64,000 nt of DNA from Gemmatimonadales bacterium. GTDB taxonomy: Bacteria; Gemmatimonadota; Gemmatimonadetes; Gemmatimonadales; Gemmatimonadaceae. Numbering within the stretch: the stretch's first letter is position 1; the number at the start of each line of letters is the position of its first letter. This document shows positions 35,494 to 44,784 of the stretch, in pieces. The translations under genes were made by a program, and so were the position numbers. The notes under the pieces were generated by a model. The model saw only the letters and a program-made list of their open reading frames with translations, was not told the origin of the DNA and did not search any database. The stretch lies in contig JBBRLZ010000016.1 of NCBI GenBank assembly GCA_038231095.1, positions 7,639-71,638 on the forward strand, given 5' to 3'.

Positions 35494-37764
35494 GTGCCCA
35501 ATTGCCGACAGCATCCCATCTGTGCCCTTCTCCTCGCAGTCAGCGCGGGGCTGACACCGTTGCGCGCCATCGGGCAGCCCTCGCAACCGGCGCGCGGGCC
35601 GCAGCAGGCGGAGAGCGCGCCGGCGTCGCCGTCCGCGCCGCAGCCGATCAACGTGGAGACGGCGCCGCGGCCCAGTGTGCCGGCGTTTCGCACGACAGCG
35701 CGGCCCGTGATCGACGGCCACCTGACCGAGGCCGAGTGGTCGCAGGCTCCGGCGATCACAAACTTCGTGCAGCAGTTGCCGCAGACCGGCTATCCAGCAC
35801 GCTTCCAGACGCTGGTGCATGTGATGTACGATGCCGATCGCCTCTACATCGGCGCCACGATGTACGATCCAGAGCCGAAGAAGGCGATCGTCGCAGGAAA
35901 GGAACGCGACTTCACGTCCAGCACGAGCGACCTGTTCGGCCTTGCCCTGGACACGTTCAAGGATCGCCGGAACAGCTTCCTGTTCATCGTCAATCCGGCC
36001 GGTGCGCTGCGCGACGAGCAGACCTACAACGATTCGCGCACGATCGTCGAGGCGTGGGAGGGCGTGACGAAGATCCGCACCTCGATTGGCGACTCGTCGT
36101 GGACGGTCGAGATGGAGATCCCGCTGCGGACACTGCGCTTCGATGCGTCGCGCTCGCCGCAGGACTGGGGCATGAATTTCATTCGTCGCGTTCGTCGCAC
36201 GAGCGAGACCTCGTACTGGGCACCGCTCGAGCGGCAGTACCGGATCCATCGCATGTCGAAGGCCGGCACGATGACGGGCCTCGACAGCCTGCGCCCCGGG
36301 CGCAACCTGCAGCTCAAGCCGTACGCCGTCGCGGGCAACTCGACCGGCGCGCAGGTGCCCGCATCGGCGCTCGGCTCGCGGGGCGACGTGGGCGTGGACC
36401 TGAAATACGGCGTGACGCCGTCACTCACGCTCGACGCCACGTACAACACCGACTTCTCGCAGGTGGAGGTGGATCAGGAGCAGGTGAATCTGACGCGATT
36501 CTCGCTGCTCTTCCCGGAGCGGCGCGAGTTCTTCATCGAGAACTCCGGATCGTTCCAGTTTGGCGACGTGTCTGAGCGGAACTACCGCATGGGCGCGAGC
36601 CCCAGCGACTTCACCTTCTTCAACTCGCGGCAGATCGGACTCACGGCCGATGGTCGTCCGATTCCGATCGTCGGCGGCGCGCGACTCACCGGCCGCGTTG
36701 GCCAGTGGGACGTCGGTGCGCTCGACATGCAGACACAGCGCGCGTTCAACGCGCCGGCCGAAAACTTCGGCGTGCTGCGCGCGCGACGGAACCTGTTCGG
36801 GAAGTCGGACATCGGCGTGCTGTTGCAGAATCGCGCCGCCACCGACAGCAACATCTGGAACCGGAGCATCGGTGCCGACGCGAATCTGCGGCTCGGCACC
36901 AACACGATCGTCAACGCCTATGCTGCGCGCAGCGATGCGCCCGGCACGACGAAGGATGGCAGCGCAGCGCGAACTCAGGTGGCCTATCGCGGCAAGCTGT
37001 GGGACAATTCGGTGATGTTGAAGCGCGTGTCTGAAGCCTTCGCCCCCGGCATCGGTTTCGTTCGTCGCCGCAACTTCCAGCAGTTCTACGGTACGATCGG
37101 CGCCCATCCCCGGCCGAAGATCCCGAAGGTGGCGGAGCTGAACCCGTACGTGTTGGTGGACTACATCACCGACCTGCGCTCACAGCTCGACACGCGTACG
37201 ATCTCCGGCGGGCTGGATGTGGCACTCAAGTCGGAGGCCCTGCTGTCGATGGTCGTGAGCGATCAGTTCGACCGCATTGAGCAGACATTCACGCTCGTCC
37301 CGGGACGCACCGTGGCGCCGGGCGCCTATGCATGGCGCGAGGGCACAATGAAATACACGATGGCTCCCGGCAGCCGGATTCTCGGCACGGTGAATGCGAC
37401 CATTGGTGACTTCTACAGTGGATCACGCCGCAGCGTCGGTGGCGGCGTGACGTGGCGCGTGGCGCCATCGCTTGTGATCGAGACGACGTACCAGCGAAGC
37501 GCCGTGTCCCTTGCCACGGGCGACTTCGTGGCGAACCTCGCGGGCATGCGCATGCGCTACGCCTGGTCGACTACGCTGCTCGGCAGCGCTTTCGTGCAGT
37601 ACAACACGCAGACGCGCGCCTTCAGCACCAACGCCCGCCTGAATTGGCGCTGGGCGCCGCTCAGTGACGTGTTCCTGGTCTACACCGACCGCCGCGACAC
37701 CGAATCATGGGCGAAGAACGAACGGTCCGTGGCTCTCAAAGTCACTCGCATGCTTGCGTTCTGA
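35494..37764 (+). CDS. CBM9-like / DUF5916 family outer-membrane-associated protein
   Basis: GTG start with signal peptide. N-terminal PVIDGHLTEAEWSQAPAITNF...YDADRLYIGATMYDPEP is the CBM9-type opening. The long beta-rich remainder ends in aromatic ...VALKVTRMLAF. Confidence 0.7.
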   Translation: MPNCRQHPICALLLAVSAGLTPLRAIGQPSQPARGPQQAESAPASPSAPQPINVETAPRPSVPAFRTTARPVIDGHLTEAEWSQAPAITNFVQQLPQTGYPARFQTLVHVMYDADRLYIGATMYDPEPKKAIVAGKERDFTSSTSDLFGLALDTFKDRRNSFLFIVNPAGALRDEQTYNDSRTIVEAWEGVTKIRTSIGDSSWTVEMEIPLRTLRFDASRSPQDWGMNFIRRVRRTSETSYWAPLERQYRIHRMSKAGTMTGLDSLRPGRNLQLKPYAVAGNSTGAQVPASALGSRGDVGVDLKYGVTPSLTLDATYNTDFSQVEVDQEQVNLTRFSLLFPERREFFIENSGSFQFGDVSERNYRMGASPSDFTFFNSRQIGLTADGRPIPIVGGARLTGRVGQWDVGALDMQTQRAFNAPAENFGVLRARRNLFGKSDIGVLLQNRAATDSNIWNRSIGADANLRLGTNTIVNAYAARSDAPGTTKDGSAARTQVAYRGKLWDNSVMLKRVSEAFAPGIGFVRRRNFQQFYGTIGAHPRPKIPKVAELNPYVLVDYITDLRSQLDTRTISGGLDVALKSEALLSMVVSDQFDRIEQTFTLVPGRTVAPGAYAWREGTMKYTMAPGSRILGTVNATIGDFYSGSRRSVGGGVTWRVAPSLVIETTYQRSAVSLATGDFVANLAGMRMRYAWSTTLLGSAFVQYNTQTRAFSTNARLNWRWAPLSDVFLVYTDRRDTESWAKNERSVALKVTRMLAF

Positions 37765-37899
37765 CTCGGCCGTTCGCTGCGGGCGTCGAGTATGAAGCAG
37801 AGTTCGCTGTGAGCCGCCCCGATGCGAGACCGAGGATACATTTTCGCGCATCAACCGTCCGTCGCGCCGCAACGTTCCGCCACAGCCGTCCCTCATCTG

Positions 37900-38862
37900 A
37901 TGCGCTCATCTCCCGGGCCAAATCGACTTCCTCGTCCGATCAGCGTTGTGGTCTCGGGACTCGCCGTTCTGATGTGTGTAGCCAGCGCGGCAGGCGCTCA
38001 GAAGAAGGCTCGACAGCATACTGCAACAGGGCCTGACACGACCGCTCTTCAGGCGCACTGCGCCGCGGGGAAGGAAGGCTCGTGCACGACCATGGCGTAC
38101 CTCCTGCTCGCCGGAAAGCCGATTCCTGCCGATACGGCGCGGGCCACGAGCTTTCTCGAGAAGGCGTGTCGTGCCGGGAACGCACGGTCCTGTGGCCAGA
38201 CCGCGTGGATGCTCCGTCAGGGTCGCGGTGTCGCGCCGGACACGTCGAAGGCGTTCGCGCTCTATGGTACGGGGTGCACCGCCGGCGACGCGAAGTCGTG
38301 CACATCGCTCGGGTACATGTACGAAACCGGCGCCGGCATCACGCGCGACATCGCATTGGCGGCGACCTTCTACGATCGCGCCTGCACGAAGGGCGATACG
38401 CGCGGCTGCGTGAACCTCGGTACGCTGACCGACTCGACGACGACCATCGGCACCGATGCGGCGCGCTCCACGTCATTGCTGACGAAGGGCTGCGCAACGA
38501 AGGACGCCGCAGCGTGCACGAATCTCGGCACGAAGTTCGAATCGGGGCGCGGTGTCACGCCGAATCCGCGTCGCGCGGCGCTGCTGTACACGCGCGCCTG
38601 TCAGCAGAATGTGCTCGTGGCCTGTGTGAACCTCGGTACACTCACCGCCGAAGGGCGTGGAGTGCCGCAGGATCCAGTGCGCGCCGCGAAGTTCTTCACG
38701 CAGGGCTGCGATGGCGGCGTGGCGGCAGGCTGCGTCAATCTCGCGATCGCACACCGTCAGGGTCGTGGCGTGCCGCGCGACACGGCACACGCGCAGGAGT
38801 TGTTCACCAGAGCCTGCAGACTCGGTGACGCGCCGGCCTGCCGTCGAGCGCCGCGCCGCTGA
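37900..38862 (+). CDS. Secreted Sel1-like repeat protein with paired cysteines (Hcp-like)
   Basis: ATG 37900 gives a signal peptide (VVSGLAVLMCVASAAGA). Seven consecutive 36-aa modules each begin C-x7-C, for example CRAGNARSCGQTAWMLRQGRGVAPDTSKAFALYGTG. Confidence 0.8.
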   Translation: MRSSPGPNRLPRPISVVVSGLAVLMCVASAAGAQKKARQHTATGPDTTALQAHCAAGKEGSCTTMAYLLLAGKPIPADTARATSFLEKACRAGNARSCGQTAWMLRQGRGVAPDTSKAFALYGTGCTAGDAKSCTSLGYMYETGAGITRDIALAATFYDRACTKGDTRGCVNLGTLTDSTTTIGTDAARSTSLLTKGCATKDAAACTNLGTKFESGRGVTPNPRRAALLYTRACQQNVLVACVNLGTLTAEGRGVPQDPVRAAKFFTQGCDGGVAAGCVNLAIAHRQGRGVPRDTAHAQELFTRACRLGDAPACRRAPRR

Positions 38863-39115
38863 AACCGGTCAGGACGGCGCACACCGTTCGCTCGCAGCTG
38901 GGCTCTGGTGCCCTCGATTCCGCACGCGGTTGGGATCCACTGCCACGTTCGTGACGTAACAGATGCATCACCGCGGCCACTGCAGACATCCGCCGCCCGT
39001 GGGAACGAAGGGCGGCGGTGCCGACTATGTCTGTCACGAGCGCGGATTGCGTCACGAGCCGGTGACCGAGCTGCCGCCGTGCGGTACTGCCAGCGTATCA
39101 ACCTCGAGTGAATTC

Positions 39116-39688
39116 ATGACTTCGCATCGCTATACCGTTCTGATTGCTGCCACCATTGCTTTTCCATTCGTCGCGCAGGCGCAGGCTCGCACGGCGCCGA
39201 CGACGAGGACACCATCCGTGACCACCACCCGCCGATTCGTGAAGCCCACTGAAGCCGAACTCCGCGCGCGTCTGACGCCGGAACAGTTTGAAGTCACGCA
39301 GCACGAAGGCACCGAGCGCGCGTTCCGCAATGCGTACTGGGACAACCACGAAGCCGGCATTTACGTCGACGTGGTGTCGGGCGAGGTGCTGTTCAGTTCA
39401 CTCGACAAGTTCGAGTCGGGCACGGGTTGGCCGAGTTTCACGAAGCCGCTCGAGCCGGGCAACGTGAAGACGAAGTCGGATCGCCAATTCTTCATGACGC
39501 GCACCGAAGTTCGCAGCGCCAGTGCGGACTCACATCTCGGTCACGTGTTCGACGACGGCCCGAAGCCGACGGGGCTTCGCTACTGCATGAACTCCGCCTC
39601 GATGCGATTCATCCCGGTGGACAAGCTCGACGCCGAAGGCTACGGCCAGTACGCTGCCCTCTTCAAAGGCCAGCCGCAGCACAAGTAG
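39116..39688 (+). CDS. msrB: Peptide-methionine (R)-S-oxide reductase MsrB, with Sec signal peptide
   Basis: ATG 39116. Signal [24 protein letters not shown]. MsrB motifs are [17 protein letters not shown] and [11 protein letters not shown]. Confidence 0.88.
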   Translation: MTSHRYTVLIAATIAFPFVAQAQARTAPTTRTPSVTTTRRFVKPTEAELRARLTPEQFEVTQHEGTERAFRNAYWDNHEAGIYVDVVSGEVLFSSLDKFESGTGWPSFTKPLEPGNVKTKSDRQFFMTRTEVRSASADSHLGHVFDDGPKPTGLRYCMNSASMRFIPVDKLDAEGYGQYAALFKGQPQHK

Positions 39689-39740
39689 GCGACAACTGAT
39701 GTCGCGGTGACGAACGCCGAGCGCTCGTTGGTGTGAAATG

Positions 39741-39778
39741 ACAAAAGCCGAGCCGCAAAATGCGGACTCGGCTTTTGT
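39741..39778. terminator. Bidirectional rho-independent terminator between the convergent msrB and BNR-repeat genes
   Basis: acaaaagccgag (39741-39752) pairs perfectly with ctcggcttttgt (39767-39778). There is an inner 5-bp stem, and A-run and T-run flanks serve both strands. Confidence 0.8.
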
Positions 39779-39803
39779 GCATTCGTGACGTCCTGCGGTG
39801 TGC

Positions 39804-42800
39804 CTACATCGCGATCTTCGGGCGATCCTTCTTGATCTCTTCCGTGCTCGGCGCGAGTTCCGGCAGGCCCGCGGCACGGAGGATGGCGTTCATGCGCGGG
39901 AGATGCGAGTCGAGGCTCTTCTTCATGCCGGTGAGCTGCACTTCGAGCTTGCCGCTCAGCATCTCGAATGCCTGACGCGCCTGGACCGTCGGACGGTATT
40001 CACCGGCACCCACCGTGCCCGCCAGTGCCGCGATCTGGTTGTTCAACTTGATCGGGTAGTTGAGCGGATCCTGCGAGCTCTGATTCTTCGTCTGATAAAC
40101 TTCGTTCTCGTTCGTGGTCAGCTCGGTCATCATATCGTTCGCCAGCGACTGGAACTCGATCGACGGCTGACCGGTGAGCTTCGGCGCGCGATCGGCCACC
40201 TGCCAGCGCATGTTGCGCACCGTGCGCACCGCCATGTTCGCGTCGGTCGTGCGATCACGGATGGCCATCAGCATCTTGAACTGCAACGCCAGATCGGCGT
40301 CCGTCGCGTCACCACGCGGATCGCGCTTGAGGCGGAACGGATACGTCTGCGCGACGCTGCCTGCCGTCATGCGCACGCTGTACGCGCCGGGAGGTGCCAT
40401 CGGCCCCGTCACTGAGCCCGCCCACATGATCAGGCCGTCGAACCGTGCGGCATCCGGGTAGCGCATGTTCCAGCCGAAGGTGTTGATACCCTTCTTGTTA
40501 GGCACGCGCGTCGGACGCGGGGTGCGCATCATGATCTCGTCGAAGTCGAGCGCTGCCATCGCGGCGGCCGGACTGGCGTACTTCGCGGCGATGACCTTCA
40601 CCGCCGAATCCCGCGCCATACCAGCCTTGGTCATCGAATCGACCGCAGCGGCCTTGATGCCTTCGAGGCGCACCGAATCGGCGGCGGTCTCCGGATCCTG
40701 ATCGCTCGTGAAGCCAGTGATCACCTTGCCGGCCGCATCGAGGAATTCAAACTTCACCGTCTGGTTCGCGTCCTTCAGCCAGTACTGGAACCGGGCGCCG
40801 CCCGGCGGATTCGCACCGATGGCACCGCCGCCTCCCATGGCTTCGGCCATCTGTGCCATGAAGCCACCACCGAAGTCGGCCCGCACGACGTCATCCGGCT
40901 TGAACAGATGCGCCGGCGCCGCAACGACCGTCGGCGTCAACTGACGCATCGACGCGATGTTGTCCAGCACCCAGAACGACCGGCCGTGCGTTGCGGCGAT
41001 CAGATCGCTGTCCTTGATCTTCAGATCGTGCACCGGCACCAGCGGCAGGTTGCGACGCAGCGAACGCCAGTTCATTCCATCGTCGAACGACGCGTACACA
41101 CCGCGTTCCGTGCCGGCGAACAGCAAGCCACGACGCACCGGATCCTCACGGATCACGCGCACGAAATGCTCCTCGCCGATGCCCGTCACGATCGACGTCC
41201 ACGTCTTACCGAAGTCGGTCGTCTTGTAGATCAACGGACGCTTGTCGCCAAGCTGGTAGCGATTCGCCGCGACGTAGGCGGTACCCGCGGCGTAATGCGA
41301 CGGCTCGATGATCGAGATGCGCGTGAAGTCACCGATACCCGGCGGCGTCACATTCTCCCACGTCTTCCCGTCGTTCTTCGACACGTGCACGAGACCGTCG
41401 TCGGTGCCGACCCAGAGCACGCCCTGCTGCACCGGCGATTCGTCGAACGCAAAGATCAGCGCGTACGTCTCGACGCCGGTCTGATCCTTCGTGATCGGAC
41501 CACCGGAGGCTTCCATCGTCTTCGGATCGCGACGTGCGAGTTCCGGTGACACCTCCGTCCAGCTTTCGCCTTCGTTGATCGAGCGGAAGAGCTTCGATCC
41601 GGCGGCATACATCACGTTCGCATTGTGCTTCGAGAACACGATCGGGAACGTCCACTGGAAGCGGACCGCGATGTCCTTGGACGAGTAGCCCATCGGATTC
41701 ACTGGATACACCGTCACATTGCGCTCGAAGCCCGTGCGCATGTCCTTGCGCGTCAGCAGGCCACCGTAGCTGCCGGCGAAGATGATCCACGGCTTCGTCG
41801 GATGCGGTGTCACGTAGCCTGACTCACCACCACCCGCGTCCTTCCAATCCGACAGGCTGACGCGCCCTTCAGCCTTGCTCGGCCCACAGAGCGTCGAGTT
41901 GTCCTGCTGCGCACCGCAGATGTGATACGGGTACTCGTTGCTCGTGTCGACGTGATAGAACTGTGCCGTCGGGAAGGCCTCCGCCGTCCAGTTCTTGCCG
42001 CCATTCGTGCTGATCGTCGCCCCACCGTCATTCGCTTCGATCATGCGATTCGGATCGTTCGACGCGATCCACAGATCGTGGTTGTCGCCGTGCGGCACGT
42101 TGAGCGGCTCGCGGAACGTGCGACCGCCGTCCTTCGATCGGTAGAAGCCCACGTTCAACGCGTAGACCGTGTTCGTGTCCTTCGGATCGGCCACGATGTT
42201 CGAGTAGTACCAGGCACGCTGGCGGAGCTTCCGATCGCGGTTGATGTAGCTCCACGTCGCGCCCGCGTCATCCGAGCGATAGACGCCACCCGAATCGTGT
42301 TCGATGATCGCCCACACACGACTCGGCTTGACTGGTGAAATCGCAAGGCCGACCTTGCCCATTGCGCCAACGGGGAGCCCGGTCCCGGACTTCCGCAGAT
42401 CGGTCCACGACATGCCACCATCGGTGGACTTGTAGATGCCGCTGCCAGGACCGCCTGACGACAGCGACCACGAGGTGCGATACGCCTGCCAGGTGGCGGC
42501 ATACAGAATGTCCGGATTCGACGGATCCACCTGGATGTCGATCGCACCGGTGGAATCATTCACGAACAGCACCTTCGTGAACGTCTTGCCACCGTCGGTT
42601 GTCTTGAACACACCGCGCGTGTTGCCGGCCTTGAATGGATTGCCGAACACCGCCAGCCACGCGATGTCCTTGTTCGTCGGATGAATGCGGATCGCGGCGA
42701 TGTGCTCTTCCTTGAAGCCGAGCATCGTCCAGGTCTTTCCGGCATCCAGTGTCTTCCAGAGACCGTCGCCACCGGCCGTGTTGCCACGGATGTCGGTCTC

Positions 42801-43181
42801 ACCACCACCAACCCAGACCTGGTCGGCATTCTGCGGATCGACCGCGATCGCGCCGATGGTGCCGCCGAAGTAAGCGTCGCTCACGGCAGCCCAGTTCTGA
42901 CCGCCGTCGCTGGTCTTGTAGACGCCGCCACCGGTGGTGCCCATCCAGTATTCGGTCGGACGCTGCACGGAGCCGGTCGCGGCTACGGAACGACCGCCGC
43001 GTGCAGGACCCATCTCGCGCCAGCGCAGCGCGTTGAACACGGTCGAGTCGAACGTCAGCGGACCACTCGGCAACGGTTGTGCGGCGCGCACTGTGGCCGA
43101 TCGTGTGGCTGCGGGCTTCGTGGCTTGTGCCGAGAGGGCCACCGGCAGCAGACCGACGAGGGCGAGGGCGCCGGCACGCAT
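39804..43181 (-). CDS. Large exported BNR/Asp-box repeat protein (sortilin/VPS10-like double propeller)
   Basis: ATG 43181 gives MRAGALALVGLLPVALSAQA. At least 11 Asp-boxes, including TSDGGQNW, TLDAGKTW, TTDGGKTF, STDGGMSW, SDDAGATW, SKDGGRTF, SKNDGKTW and TTDFGKTW. Confidence 0.8.
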   Translation of the reverse strand: MRAGALALVGLLPVALSAQATKPAATRSATVRAAQPLPSGPLTFDSTVFNALRWREMGPARGGRSVAATGSVQRPTEYWMGTTGGGVYKTSDGGQNWAAVSDAYFGGTIGAIAVDPQNADQVWVGGGETDIRGNTAGGDGLWKTLDAGKTWTMLGFKEEHIAAIRIHPTNKDIAWLAVFGNPFKAGNTRGVFKTTDGGKTFTKVLFVNDSTGAIDIQVDPSNPDILYAATWQAYRTSWSLSSGGPGSGIYKSTDGGMSWTDLRKSGTGLPVGAMGKVGLAISPVKPSRVWAIIEHDSGGVYRSDDAGATWSYINRDRKLRQRAWYYSNIVADPKDTNTVYALNVGFYRSKDGGRTFREPLNVPHGDNHDLWIASNDPNRMIEANDGGATISTNGGKNWTAEAFPTAQFYHVDTSNEYPYHICGAQQDNSTLCGPSKAEGRVSLSDWKDAGGGESGYVTPHPTKPWIIFAGSYGGLLTRKDMRTGFERNVTVYPVNPMGYSSKDIAVRFQWTFPIVFSKHNANVMYAAGSKLFRSINEGESWTEVSPELARRDPKTMEASGGPITKDQTGVETYALIFAFDESPVQQGVLWVGTDDGLVHVSKNDGKTWENVTPPGIGDFTRISIIEPSHYAAGTAYVAANRYQLGDKRPLIYKTTDFGKTWTSIVTGIGEEHFVRVIREDPVRRGLLFAGTERGVYASFDDGMNWRSLRRNLPLVPVHDLKIKDSDLIAATHGRSFWVLDNIASMRQLTPTVVAAPAHLFKPDDVVRADFGGGFMAQMAEAMGGGGAIGANPPGGARFQYWLKDANQTVKFEFLDAAGKVITGFTSDQDPETAADSVRLEGIKAAAVDSMTKAGMARDSAVKVIAAKYASPAAAMAALDFDEIMMRTPRPTRVPNKKGINTFGWNMRYPDAARFDGLIMWAGSVTGPMAPPGAYSVRMTAGSVAQTYPFRLKRDPRGDATDADLALQFKMLMAIRDRTTDANMAVRTVRNMRWQVADRAPKLTGQPSIEFQSLANDMMTELTTNENEVYQTKNQSSQDPLNYPIKLNNQIAALAGTVGAGEYRPTVQARQAFEMLSGKLEVQLTGMKKSLDSHLPRMNAILRAAGLPELAPSTEEIKKDRPKIAM

Positions 43182-43385
43182 GGCACCGGAACGCGGAAGC
43201 GTGAACGTCACGCGTGATCTCCTTGGGTGTGCAGAACGCTGGGGGCGGCAGCGGCGCCGCAGGCTTTGTGCGACAAACCTATCGCCCCGATACGGGGCGC
43301 GAGCCGTGAGCGCTGATCGCCGTGGCTCGCCCTTGTGCAGAGGCGCGGTGACGCGATGCGTCCCACTGACGCGTTGGTCGCACAC

Positions 43386-43407
43386 TGTTCATGTTTTGTT
43401 CATGTTC
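43386..43407. repeat. Tandem 11-bp direct repeat (tgttcatgttt tgttcatgttc)
   Basis: Two adjacent copies identical at 10 of 11 positions, in the LssY-like/BNR intergenic region. They lie about 205 nt upstream of the BNR gene start. Confidence 0.7.
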
Positions 43408-43459
43408 GAGTGGCGAACGCACTCGTGCGACGCGCCGCGGTGCGTGTATCGTCGCGTCG

Positions 43460-44716
43460 TCAGCGCACACTGCCAGGTGTGCGCGCTGAATCGTCGTGAC
43501 ACGTTGCGCGCAGGCGGAGCACGATCACGTCGCCGTCCGTCATGACGAGGTCGCGACCATCGTTCACGTGCAGGGCCATCGGCAACGCGCGTGGCACATC
43601 GGAGCGCTGCGCAATACAGTCCGCGGCCCACAGATCGTTCGCCACTTTGTCGCGCTCGGCGTCGATGGCCGCGTCGACGCGATGCGTGAAGTGGCGGCGA
43701 TCCCTCAGGTACTCGATGCCGATGTCGTGCGACGCGCTCGCGAGCCAGACCGACGCGCCATCGATGCGGTCGATCCACTTCCAGAGCCGAATGTGATGGC
43801 GCTTGGCCATCGTGTTCGTCACGCGCTCGAAGACCAGGTCCGGCGCGCGGCCATCCAGCAGCAGCGTGGAGACCGGCTGGTTCGCATAACCGCGATTCGC
43901 CGACGCACGGATGAATGTCGCGACGTCAGCCTTCATCCCCATACGCGCCGCGATGTCCCAGCCGGCTGAGAGAAACGCTTGGACGATCGTCGCGCTGTCG
44001 CCGACCAGCGCGATGTTGATGGGATCTGCGTCGACTACGCCGCGCTCTGCACTCGCATGCACCGGCCACAGCGCAACCAGTGCCCGCAGCACATCTGATG
44101 GCAGCACGGCGGTCCACGCGGCGTGCAGCGCGACTGGTCGGATTGCGACGTCTCGCGTGAGCACAGTCGCGACGTCAGTGCCGGCGGGATATCGGATTCG
44201 CGCATCACGCTCATGCACACCGAGCGTCGATGCGCTCCAGAGTGCGGCCGCCGCGACGGGGTGCACGAGCCCGAGTGCCATCATGCTCCAGGTGCGCTTG
44301 GAGTGGACGTGTCGTACCGCAGCGCCACCGACAATACAGCCCGCACTGTCAACGTGTTCTCGTGCGTTGTCCACCGACGTAACGCGTACGGACACCGGGA
44401 CGGTACCACCGGCGGTGGCAATCGAGTCGAACGCGAGCTTGAGCATGTAGCGGGTTGCACTGTCGCGGCCGGCGCGCAGCACGTGACCGAACGCTTTCGT
44501 GCCAGGCGCGATCGTCAGACGATCGCCCACATACACCGGAGCAATCACCACCGCATGAAATACGCGGCCCGCCATCGACGTGTCGCTCGACACGGATTCG
44601 CCGATGCGGAACGAGATCGGCGTGTCCGCTGGAATGCGCGACTGTGCTGCAAGCGCGGGGACTCGCGCAAGCAGCATTGCACAACACACTCCGTTCAGGA
44701 CTCGCTTCATGGTCAC
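43460..44716 (-). CDS. Secreted protein with LssY C-terminal-like domain
   Basis: Signal MTMKRVLNGVCCAMLLARVPALAAQS. The C-terminal half reads DPINIALVGDSATIVQAFLSAGW...KRHHIRLWKW...VWLASASHDIGIEY...THRVDAAIDAERD, which resembles the LssY_C family. Confidence 0.55.
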   Translation of the reverse strand: MTMKRVLNGVCCAMLLARVPALAAQSRIPADTPISFRIGESVSSDTSMAGRVFHAVVIAPVYVGDRLTIAPGTKAFGHVLRAGRDSATRYMLKLAFDSIATAGGTVPVSVRVTSVDNAREHVDSAGCIVGGAAVRHVHSKRTWSMMALGLVHPVAAAALWSASTLGVHERDARIRYPAGTDVATVLTRDVAIRPVALHAAWTAVLPSDVLRALVALWPVHASAERGVVDADPINIALVGDSATIVQAFLSAGWDIAARMGMKADVATFIRASANRGYANQPVSTLLLDGRAPDLVFERVTNTMAKRHHIRLWKWIDRIDGASVWLASASHDIGIEYLRDRRHFTHRVDAAIDAERDKVANDLWAADCIAQRSDVPRALPMALHVNDGRDLVMTDGDVIVLRLRATCHDDSARTPGSVR

Positions 44717-44784
44717 GCGGACTCGATATCACTGCGCCGCGAGCACCAGAACCGCGTCACACGTGGCGACGTCGTTGCGCGCGA

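Noticed and set aside
43386-43407. Calling the 11-bp tandem repeat a bona fide Pho box.
   Set aside because: It has only loose similarity to CTGTCAT-N4-CTGTCAT. The distance to the nearest start codon (about 205 nt) is long, and no phosphate-related gene is adjacent. It is reported only as a repeat of unknown function.
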